A stretch of DNA of 49,658 bases from Octopus bimaculoides (taxonomy: Eukaryota). Within the stretch, counting starts at the first letter, position 1. Each line of letters starts with the position of its first letter. The DNA is taken from positions 74,298,758 to 74,348,415 of the forward strand of contig NC_068989.1 of assembly GCF_001194135.2 (NCBI RefSeq). Direction: 5' to 3'. This document shows, one piece after another, positions 25,577 through 35,685 of the stretch. The translations under genes and the position numbers were made by a program. Under the pieces are notes generated by a model. The model saw only the letters and a list, made by a program, of their open reading frames with translations. It was not told the origin of the DNA and searched no databases.

Positions 25577-26140
25577 NNNNNNNNNNNNNNNNNNNNNNNN
25601 NNNNNNNNNNNNNNNNNNNNNNNNNNNNNNNNNNNNNNNNNNNNNNNNNNNNNNNNNNNNNNNNNNNNNNNNNNNNNNNNNNNNNNNNNNNNNNNNNNNN
25701 NNNNNNNNNNNNNNNNNNNNNNNNNNNNNNNNNNNNNNNNNNNNNNNNNNNNNNNNNNNNNNNNNNNNNNNNNNNNNNNNNNNNNNNNNNNNNNNNNNNN
25801 NNNNNNNNNNNNNNNNNNNNNNNNNNNNNNNNNNNNNNNNNNNNNNNNNNNNNNNNNNNNNNNNNNNNNNNNNNNNNNNNNNNNNNNNNNNNNNNNNNNN
25901 NNNNNNNNNNNNNNNNNNNNNNNNNNNNNNNNNNNNNNNNNNNNNNNNNNNNNNNNNNNNNNNNNNNNNNNNNNNNNNNNNNNNNNNNNNNNNNNNNNNN
26001 NNNNNNNNNNNNNNNNNNNNNNNNNNNNNNNNNNNNNNNNNNNNNNNNNNNNNNNNNNNNNNNNNNNNNNNNNNNNNNNNNNNNNNNNNNNNNNNNNNNN
26101 NNNNNNNNNNNNNNNNNNNNNNNNNNNNNNNNNNNNNNNN

Positions 26141-26170
<30 letters not shown>
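25546..26170. repeat. (TA)n runs on both sides of N-gap 25577-26140
   Basis: Direct reading. Confidence 0.95.
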
Positions 26171-26172
<2 letters not shown>

Positions 26173-26174
<2 letters not shown>

Positions 26175-26575
26175 CGCAAACGTGGTTATGTGGTAAGTAG
26201 CTTCCTTACCAACCACATGGTTCTGGGTTCGGTCCCACTGCGTGGCCACTTGGGCAAGTAAGTGTCTTGTAGTATAGCCTCCCTACGACCAAAGCCTTGT
26301 GAGTGAATTTGGTACACGGAAACTGAAAGAAGCCCGTCGTATATATTTATATATATATATATGTGTGTGTGTTTGTTTCTGTGTTTGTCTCCCACCACCA
26401 TCGCTTAACAACAGATCTTGGTGTGTTTACGTTCCCGTAAATTAGCGGTTCGGCAAAAGAGACCGATAGTATAAATACTAGGCTTACTAAGAACAAGTCC
26501 TGGGGTCGATTTGTTCGACTAAAGGCCGAGCTCCAGCATGCCCGCAGTCAAATGACTAAAACAAATAACAGAATA
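26173..26575 (+). mobile_element. Near full-length tRNA-derived SINE with an internal (TA)/(TG) microsatellite
   Basis: Head GGCGCA..TGTGGTAAG with B-box GGTTCGGTCCC, body CCTTGGGCAAG-like, internal microsatellite at 26339-26380, tail CCAGCATGCCCGCAGTCAAATGACTAAAAC. Confidence 0.9.
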
Positions 26576-27489
26576 ACAGAATATATATATATATGTATAT
26601 TTAAGATAACTGAAATATATTTTGATTAAAATTAATCTTTTGCCTTACTTTCCCATTTTAACCTTATATGGTTTGACCTAACTTTTTTTCTAATAAACTA
26701 AATTGCAGTTATTTTATCTCAGTATAGAGCCGAGCTTCAGATTAGACCATCATTGCTAGTAAAACGTCATTCAGCTTGAGTCAAAACTGAATTAGTGATG
26801 AAGCCCAGAGCTGCTCGTAAGTGACAAAAAGTTGACCTTAAGAATATATTCACCCTCTACTGTGGGTGAATAATATTTGTATCATATATACGATTAAGTT
26901 ATAATGTTGTCGGTAAATGTTTAGTTCACTTAAGTTTTCAATATTTTTCAGAAAAGCTCTAAAAACCTACCACCAGCCTACTTCTCTTTTGATAGGCAAG
27001 TACTGTATTTATTGTAAGTAAAAGTACACAAAGTACAATTTAGATTCGCTTTCCCTCATCATTTAATTTTATTTAGAATATTGATGCTATTAGAAAAATA
27101 TAACCATTACAATGCCTCATGCTCATATTCTAATAAATATATACTGGTTTCGTGTTTGTGAAGAATAGACACGCACAGACAGACAATACATTGCAATTCG
27201 AAAATAGGACGTCAGTTCTTTTGCAACGAAATTCTTATTTACAGTTAATTTAGGCATAATCTAACTAATGCACCTCAATGTAATTTAATACTCAGCGATG
27301 ATAAATAATGTAATGTGCAGTACTGTAGCCTAATTAAAAGTATCACAATTGAAGACATGAGTGGTGTGTTACGCTTGAATGGTCAATGTATTTCGTGAAT
27401 TGTTCGTGTCTACTATATCTTCATGGCTTGTATTGTATTGTAGCTACTGAAAGGTGTGAATGCCATTTCTCTGGAGAATGAGGTCGTTA

Positions 27490-27582
27490 TTATAAGCGCG
27501 CGCGTGTGTGTGTATATGCGTGTGGGGAGGGGTGTGTGATTTTTTGTTCGTGTGCAATATGCATATAGATAGATAGAAAAAA

Positions 27583-27620
<38 letters not shown>

Positions 27621-27630
27621 GCATACATAC
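27490..27630. repeat. (TG)n and (GATA)n microsatellites
   Basis: Direct reading. Confidence 0.9.
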
Positions 27631-27927
27631 ATAAATCTGAACAAAAAAAGACACAAACATACACTCATATATAATATTGATTTTTAGCAAAGACTTAACT
27701 CCACATATATTTGATTTGAAGTTTATATATTTGATTAAATCTATTACTCTAGTATTTAACTTTTCTTTTAATTTACCGATGTTGGATGGCTAAAATGCAA
27801 AAGTGGAACTCTAGCACATTTGACACCATTGTGTAAAGGAAAGTTAGAAAACTGAGTTGGGAATTTTTTTCCTTCTTGTTGATGAACTCGCCCTAAGCCG
27901 ACACTGATAATTCAATGATTTTTTCAC

Positions 27928-28358
27928 ATTATTATTATTATTATTATTATTATTGAGTGAGAAAGCAGTGGGGTAAAATATACGAAGCCCATTATACCCA
28001 TCATGACTACCCGTCTGATAAGGGTACACCAGGCACATGCATCACAACCATATGTGCGCGACATGGTGATCTCATATCAAGATAAACAGCGCATGACCTC
28101 GTAGGTGGGGCCCAGTTAGAATTTTCTTCAGGTCGAGTAGCCCATCCCGCTCAAAAGGTCCCTGAATAAGGTTTAAGGATGTTGAGCAAAACACCCATGT
28201 TTCCAAAGGTGAATTATTCAAACCCCACTACTTCTGCTCATGATCAGAGATGCAAATATCGTCAGCCAACAAGGGATATGCTCAACTGTTTAAGGTCAAA
28301 CAATTGACAAGCAAATCTATAGTATTAAGCAGAATATTTGCTGTAGCCCATCTTTTAT
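27928..28358 (-). mobile_element. Retroelement 3' segment ending in an (AAT)n tail
   Basis: Complex, GC-richer sequence ending CTCACTC-(AAT)n on the minus strand; recalled as an abundant octopus repeat, not verified. Confidence 0.6.
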
Positions 28359-28364
28359 GACAAC

Positions 28365-28643
28365 CTGTAGGTTAGTAAATTTGAAAGGTAGAAGGGTGCT
28401 CTTCCCAGATGCTCTCGAAGTGTCGAGTGGTTCAAGATTGGTGGGGTACCAGATGCAACCCCATTTGATTACCTCCCCACATCAATTGCTGAATTTTCAT
28501 TGTTATATTCTTTTGGTGGATATCATTGTTATTGTTTTGTGTACTCGTTGTTTCTGCGTAAAATCGCCACTGTCCATGTCGACTGTATCGTCCCCTATAT
28601 GTCAGCCCTAGTGGCTAATAAATGAAATAATAATAATAATAAT
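28365..28643 (+). mobile_element. Retroelement 3' end with AATAAA and an (AAT)n tail
   Basis: Ends CAGCCCTAGTGGCT-AATAAA (28617-28622) followed by (AAT)n at 28626-28643. Confidence 0.5.
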
Positions 28644-28670
28644 TATTATTATTATTATTATTATTATTAA

Positions 28671-28700
<30 letters not shown>

Positions 28701-28702
<2 letters not shown>

Positions 28703-29236
28703 GTTCAAACTCCGCCGTGGTCGACTATGCCTTTCATCCTTTCGGGTCGATATATTAAGTACCAGTGAAACACTGGGGTCGATGTAATCGATTAGTCCCT
28801 TCCCCAGAAATCTGAGGCCTTGTGCCTCCTGTAGAGAGGATTATTATCAATATTATTATCATTAGTTCAAACTCCGCCGAGGTCGTCTTTGCCTTTTATC
28901 ATTCCGGGGTTGATAAATTAAGTACCAATGAACCACTGAATTCGATGTAGTCGACTTATACCCTTCCCCAATATTTCAGGACTTGTGCTTATCGTAGAAA
29001 GATTTATTTTTATTATATTGTCGGCCAGCAGACAGAATCGTTAGCACGCAGGACAAAATTATTAGCGGCATTTCGTCAATCTTTACATTTTGAGTTCAAA
29101 TTCCGCCGCTGTCAGCTTTGACTTTCATCCGTTTGGGGTCGACAAAATAAGTAACAGTTACGTTCTGGTGTCGATGTACTCGACTTGTCCTCTTCCACCA
29201 AATTTCAGGCCCTGTACCTTTAGTAGAAAGGATTAT
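28701..29236 (+). mobile_element. Head-to-tail array of three SINE copies
   Basis: Copies at 28701-28848, 28863-29012 and 29023-29236, each with GTTCAAA(C/T)TCCGCCG, GGTCGA and a GTAGAAAGGATTATT-like tail. Confidence 0.9.
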
Positions 29237-29569
29237 GAATATTTTTGTTATTTTGCAAGAAATCAGTTCATACTATCGAAATGATGTTGGGGGTGACAAT
29301 AGGTATTGAAGACAACCATGTCTCTAAAGTAATTGGAGTAGCTTATTTCCGATTTTACTTAAACTTCGTCTGAAACATTAATCATCATCTCATTGACAAA
29401 ATTCAGCAAGCTTAGTGGTCAGTGTTTAATAATGTTCACCTGTAATATCTTCACAAACAATCCGGGCCAATAACTAATTTTCTCCTACTCCGCAGGATTA
29501 CGCTCATTCACAGAAAATGTAAACAGATGGACTATAATATATATTACCAACTTCTCTACAAAATATTTC

Positions 29570-29760
29570 GCACCAATATTAGTTGTATTTGTTCCGACTC
29601 AATACGTTTTGAATTCAAATTAGGCCGCGGGCCACTTGGCCTTTTACCGTTCTGGGACCGATTAACAATTACCAATGTAGTATTGGTGTCGATGTTATCG
29701 ACTTGCTTGTCCTCTCTCAATCGGTGACCTTATGCCAAATTTAGATAAACATTAATTTTT
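29570..29760 (+). mobile_element. Decayed SINE copy of the same family
   Basis: GAATTCAAAT..GGCCTTTTACCGTTCTGGGACCGAT..GGTGTCGATGTTATCGACTT. Confidence 0.6.
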
Positions 29761-30029
29761 ATTATTACTACTTCTATTTTTATTTCCATATTGTTTTTCA
29801 TTATTGAAATGCATTTGCAAGAAGGATATTGCAATTTCAAGTTATATTTGGAAGATTTTTGATGTGAAATCATGTGTTTAACCCTGAAAAAGGAGTAGTG
29901 CTCATGCAATATGTACTGGGGAGAAGCTGTTACTTAAGGATCATATAGTTACAAGGTCACAGAAAAGACTTTGACGGATTAATAGATCATGCACTTCAGC
30001 TGCTGATTAATTATTTAATTATTTCTTTT

Positions 30030-30185
30030 ATATTTTGCTTGTCTCAGTCATTTCCTTGTGGAGCTGCTGGACACTGCTGTGCAGTGTTTAGAGCAATGAA
30101 ATATGGTCGATTTATTTTTGTAGCAATTTGATATTTATTCTATCGATCTTTTTTGCCGAAAGGGTAGAATACGGAGACATAAAAC
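30030..30185 (-). mobile_element. Decayed 3' half of the 26173-type SINE
   Basis: TTTTGCTTGTCTCAGTCATTT and TATTCTATCGATCTTTTTTGCCGAA are reverse complements of the tail and body of 26173-26575. Confidence 0.6.
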
Positions 30186-30453
30186 TGAAATTCAGCGTAA
30201 CCAATGCGTTAGCTTTTTTGGCACCAAATCTATATGAGGAGAGATAAGATTAGAGATGTATATGAGTTCCATGAATGAAGAAATAGTGACGTATAATAGA
30301 ACAAACAAAAAACTGGCTGGGGGATCATAAAGTGGAATACAATACTAATATTAATAAAGACTGAAGTATTTTGGCAAGTGGTCTATTAACTTCTAACCTA
30401 ATGTTTGCCCCAAAATTTATCTTTTTATGTACTTCTCATAAAATAAATGCGAG

Positions 30454-30485
<32 letters not shown>

Positions 30486-30731
30486 TTTATTTATCCCTCC
30501 CCCTCTCTCTCCACAAACACAAACACATATATTTGTGTATATATGTGTCTAAATGTACATATCTATCTATCTATTTATCTATCTATCCGTATGTCTGCCT
30601 GCCTACCTGCTTGTCTCTCTGCCTGTATGTATAAGCAAAAAGAGGCCGTAAGAGGGAATCGTAAATAAACACATTTTGTACATTTATTTTTGAATACTTG
30701 TTGATGACGATATTTTTATTATTATTATTTT

Positions 30732-31350
30732 CAGGTAGGGAGCTGGCAGAATCATTTTAGCGTTTAGACATAATTCCTTAGCATCAATTAGTATGCCTGT
30801 ACGTTCTGAGCTTAAATGTTTCCGAGCTCAACTCTGCCATTTCGAGGGCGACAAAATGAAAAACACATCAAACACTGAGGTTGATATAACTGCGTAGCCT
30901 TGGCAGTAAGCTGGCAGAATGGTTACACCGCCGAGAAACACGCTGAGCGACATTTCTGAGTTCACATTTCGCCGAGGTCGATAACATAAGCACCAGTAGG
31001 GCACTGGAGTCGATGTAATTGACGTACACCCACCCCTGAAATTACTGGACATGTACCAAAATTTGAAACCGATATAATTGAGTAGATCCCCACCACCAAA
31101 TTTCATACTTTGTGCCTATGGTAGAAAGTATCTGTGTCCGTGAGATGGAAGATTCGTTAGCACGTCGGACGAAATAGTTAGTTGTATTTTTTCTGGCTTG
31201 TTACGTTTTGAGTTCAAATTTCGTCGAGGTCTACTTGGCCTTTTATCGTTCTGGGGTCGATAAACAAGTACCAAGCAAGCAGTGCTGACGTCGATATAAT
31301 CGGCTTTCTCCTCCTCTTACTAAAAATCGGTGAACTTACGTCAAATTTGA
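30732..31350 (+). mobile_element. Second tandem array of about three older SINE copies
   Basis: Repeated GCTGGCAGAAT heads at about 30741 and 30910, a third head at about 31150, and GAGTTCA/GAGGTC cores. Confidence 0.7.
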
Positions 31351-32517
31351 ATAGAAAGTTTTCTTTATCACTGCTATTATTCTTTTCATATCATTTCTAT
31401 TATCGATTTCGTTGCTGTTATTTTGTTTCTATAACTGATCTTCCTATTTTTTCTTTAAAATAAAAAAAAACATATCATGTATAAATTTAAACATGGTTCA
31501 ATTAACTTGTGTGAACTATTGTTTATTCAGCTGCAATTGTTAGTTATATTGCCGCTGTTTTTAATAAGGAATTGTCTTTTGCTGACTAACATTATCCGAA
31601 AATAGCGAACATCTAGAGAATTAGAAATGGAATTGCAACGTTAGACGGAACCTAGTTATGTTATAATTAAATATTTTTTGTAACAAACTTCGCATGTAGT
31701 ATACTCCATACCATTTCCACACATACACACAAACACAAAAATAATTAGATAAACTTAACAGAAATGTGTGAGAAATTTATGCCAACCGAAAAATATGCTT
31801 TAAGAGAAAGGATTTTTTTTTTTGAAGTATTGAAAAATGCATTAATACATATTTTATGAATATATAATATGTTGTTAAGTGTAAATGTTTGTTTGGTGCA
31901 AATAAAATCATGCAGAAGATGTTTATAGGCTCGTCCTACATTATTAGTTTGGTACACGGGATGTGTATTGCCCATATATATATATATATATATATGTCTC
32001 TGTGTGTAATGATAAATTCTATATGGAAAATAGCAGTGCATTCAGTGTCTCTGTTCATTTGATTTTGTTATATTGCACTTGATGTTTAGAATGTGTGACA
32101 ATAATACTTTGGAAATTACAAAAAAATGCTAACATTGAGAGAAAAGAGAGAAAATGCATCAAAATAAAGTTTGAAGTAATGATATTTTTTTCTTCCTAGA
32201 TTGTTGTTTCCACCTAGCGTTGTTAATGAAGTATTTTATTTTACACCATCAACATCTGGAAGACGATCGCAATTAATATTAGCCTGTTTTCTTGTTTTAA
32301 GCGATATAACGGAAAGTTGTAGAAAAGTACGTTTTTCTTTATTGTTGTATGTATTTCAGTTTTTAGACTGCATTATGCTGGGGCACAGCCTCGAATAATT
32401 TGATTATACAAACCGATTCCGAACATATTCTTTTTCTGAAGCCTAGTAGTCATTCTATCGGGCTCAAACAACCAGTTATCAAGTTGTATGGGGAGAGACA
32501 GGATGGCAGATACTCAA

Positions 32518-32518
<1 letters not shown>

Positions 32519-32549
<31 letters not shown>

Positions 32550-32700
32550 ATGTGTGTGTGTGTGTGTGTATGTGTGTGTGTGTGCGTTTTTGTACATGTA
32601 TGTATGTAAGTNNNNNNNNNNNNNNNNNNNNNNNNNNNNNNNNNNNNNNNNNNNNNNNNNNNNNNNNNNNNNNNNNNNNNNNNNNNNNNNNNNNNNNNNN
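32519..32700. repeat. (TA)/(TG) microsatellite and N-gap 32612-32700
   Basis: Direct reading. Confidence 0.95.
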
Positions 32701-32915
32701 TCTTTTAAGCGTTTCAACCCAAAGGCTGTGACGATGCTGAGACACCGCCTTTGTTACGACATTTTCAAAGATCAGTCTTTTGTGATTGACATTTGGTGAA
32801 AAAGAGAGTTCGATATCGCTACTCTCTCTTGATTTCTTGCTGTTATATAGATTCAACTTTGACCTTGCACAACAGGCGCTCAAGTTGTTTCTTGAGAACG
32901 TTGACTCCTACTCCA
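32701..32915 (-). mobile_element. LINE 3' end, probably CR1/L2 group
   Basis: Minus strand reads GVNVLKKQLERLLCKVKVES, resembling the C-terminal FKxxLDxxLxxVPDxP. It ends GGCGGTGTCTCAGCATCGTCACAGCCTTTGGGTTGAAAC..TAAAAGA, similar to the SINE tail at 26520-26575. Confidence 0.5.
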
Positions 32916-32929
32916 TGAACTTATATTTA

Positions 32930-32936
32930 TATGTAT

Positions 32937-32989
<53 letters not shown>

Positions 32990-33160
32990 TATATATGCAA
33001 AAATAAACACACACACGCATATATATATACATACATATACACACATACACATAGTTATATGTACAAAAATAAATACACACACACTCATACATATATATAC
33101 GTATACATATATACATATATATATAGAGAGAGAGGAGAGAGACAGAGAGAAAGAGACAGA
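32930..33160. repeat. (CA)n, (TA)n and (GA)n compound microsatellite
   Basis: Direct reading. Confidence 0.95.
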
Positions 33161-33919
33161 CAGAGATCTTTGTTGTTTCACCAGAAGCAATAAAGTACAG
33201 GAATGTAGAAATGTACAGCATTTTTTAATATATTATACCCGAAGGACACCAATTCCCGGCATTCGGATTTGCTCGTTTACAATCATCAAATGGTAAATTG
33301 AGTCTGGTTTTCGTTTGAATAACCACTGTCGGAATTTTTTTTTGAAATATGAAATGAAGGCTTAAAGAAAACGCGTATCTTTATATTGTTTCCTATAAAA
33401 TGGTTTGTGAACGACACGTACGAAAAGTGCTGCTTGAAATTCACGCTTTTGATTTTATTTCTTGGTTCTCATAGTGATATTTTAAACGTCGTAAAGTCTA
33501 TACAATCAAAGTCATGAACTTGTGTTGCTATTTAAGCAATGTTCGAAGATACTATTACTAAGTTATACTTTTAATGCATTAATGTTTAAACAATGAGTGC
33601 GTATGCGTACATACAAGCAAAAAACGAGAATTTTTACTCAAGGCACTAATTGTTTGAACAAAAGGACTCAGCTGGTAACGCCTTATATACACGTGGCTAA
33701 GTACCTTTCGTGCAAAGACAAGCCTCCTTGAATTTTGTTCTGGTTCAGTTTAAAACTTTGGTTTTCGAAATGTTTAATTAATAAGTTTTATTGATATATG
33801 TATCAATATGTGTCTATGTGTGAGTATACAGACACATGTGTATATATAATTTTACCGTGAGAACCAGAGAGGAAATCAAGTGTGAGCTTGAAGCAATCGT
33901 TTTCGCACGTGTCATTTAC

Positions 33920-34087
33920 AAAAGGTTTTAAACGAAAGAACATATGGATAAGTGTTTTCTTCAAACTTTCATTTCATATTTTAAAATATATTCACATAAT
34001 GGATATTCAAAAGAAAACCTAGCTTGTTTAACCAGCTGATGATCGGGGCGAGCAACTCTAAGTACTGGAAATTGGAGAAATTTTCTG

Positions 34088-34142
<55 letters not shown>

Positions 34143-34780
34143 TATGGGTAACAATGTTTGGAAGGACTTTCAATTCCGATATTTTGCTTAGTTTGTCTGT
34201 TGTGCCATACATTTCTACCTGCAATCCTCAAAAGAATGAGGTTAACAAAATCATATTCAAAATAATACCCACACTCACTGAAAAGGACGCCACGCTGAAC
34301 CGAATTGCCCAAGCACACCATCGTAAAGAGTAAACGTCCAAATCAATGAAAATTATACTGAGAAAGAACGAGCTTCATACAATAACAACTGACCCAAGAG
34401 TACATGAAATGCAGAAGATCCAACTTGGTATGTATTGAAAACTGACAAAAGGATCGGTGATCCGTTTTAGACAAAGACATCTCTTCACAATAAAGAAATG
34501 CACTAATTTGTGCTATTAATCTCTGAAACTGCATGCCCAGGATGTGGTGAGAACTACACGGAAGAAACAGCGATGTCCGTCAGAAAAATAACATGCCTCT
34601 GCGTACATCAGAAATTAAAATGCAAGAATACATACAAACAGGACTCGGTGTGACACACAAACTTGCAGGTAAGAACCAAGCAGATTTTACAATTTTTCTC
34701 TTGTTAATTGTACGTCAGATTGTGCTGACGAACCACGGACGTTTTTACGTAAGTAAAAGAGTTGTCATCTTGTTAAATTT
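33920..34780 (+). mobile_element. Penelope-like element remnant: RT thumb, linker and GIY-YIG endonuclease
   Basis: KIYSHNGYSKE (NGY thumb motif) near 34000, VVPYIST and IVKSKR in the linker, then ACPGCGENYTEET near 34530-34570, matching the CxxC..YIGET motif. Interrupted by (CA)n at 34092-34138. Confidence 0.75.
34032..34068 (+). ncRNA. Degenerate type I hammerhead ribozyme motif
   Basis: CCAG-CTGATGA-TCG-GGG-CGA-GCAAC-TCTAA-GTA-CTGG: stems I-III can pair and CUGAUGA is intact, but GAAA reads GCAA. Confidence 0.55.
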
Positions 34781-34949
34781 ATATTTATATACTGATGGTG
34801 ATAAATTGAATATTATATCCATCTATCTATCTATTCATCTATTTTGGTACAAATTTTATCAAATTTTGGTACACGACAACAACGCATAAACAACGAAACA
34901 ACTTTCGAAACCAGGTGTTCAGCAGTTCGAAATAACTGTGGGAGAACAA

Positions 34950-35140
34950 AGGAGAGTAAGTAATAGTGCTGCGGATGCTGCTGCGGCTGCTGCGGATGCT
35001 ACTGCGGATGCTGCTGCGAATATCCCTGCAACAACTATTTCTCCTAACCCTAGTGCTGCAAGAGCAACTACCGTCACTGATACAGCCAATGTCACCTCTT
35101 CTACCAGTAGCATGGCTGTTGCTCTTATTTCTAACATCCA
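34950..35140. repeat. Decayed (GCT)/(ACT) repeat with a 9-bp GCTGCGGAT unit
   Basis: Direct reading; explains the Ala/Thr- and Ser-rich ORFs. Confidence 0.75.
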
Positions 35141-35569
35141 CTCCTAAAATGACAAATGGGATCTACTACTATGACGGCGACCCAGTACCCAGCATTCACT
35201 TAATTTATTCAGTTACAGTATTTTATCAGCCTCCTTTATGTTCCTAACTTATCCTAATAACGGCGTTATCCTGTTGCTTTACTATTTGGTAACCAGCAGA
35301 ATAAAACGAACCACCAGCACCATTTGAATTTCATAAGAATCACATGTGAACTTCTAGCACTAATATCATGAAAAGTCATTTTAATTCAATATAATTCAAT
35401 TTATTTTCCCCTTTCTTTATGTGGACTAAATAGTTTTTCATTACAGACGCCACTTCAGTGTGATTCAGTTGCACGATATTTCGTCTGTTTCGTGAAATGG
35501 CTTTTAATAACCATTCGAACAAACGATTAATGTTTCATGACTTTCTTGGCGTTACTGAGATGTGTTTCC

Positions 35570-35616
35570 TGCCTGTCTCTCTGTTAATCTGTCTATCTTT
35601 ATGTCTGTGTGTCTGC

Positions 35617-35682
<66 letters not shown>
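35570..35682. repeat. (CTGT)/(CT)n microsatellite
   Basis: Direct reading. Confidence 0.95.

Positions 35683-35685
<3 letters not shown>

Noticed and set aside
31781-31806. LKAYFSVG peptide shared with the ORF at 48369-48653
   Set aside because: Only about 12 nt are identical and the flanks are unrelated; treated as coincidence.
34938-35147. Ala/Thr-rich, mucin-like ORF
   Set aside because: Explained by a decayed trinucleotide repeat that is open on both strands; no splice or domain support.
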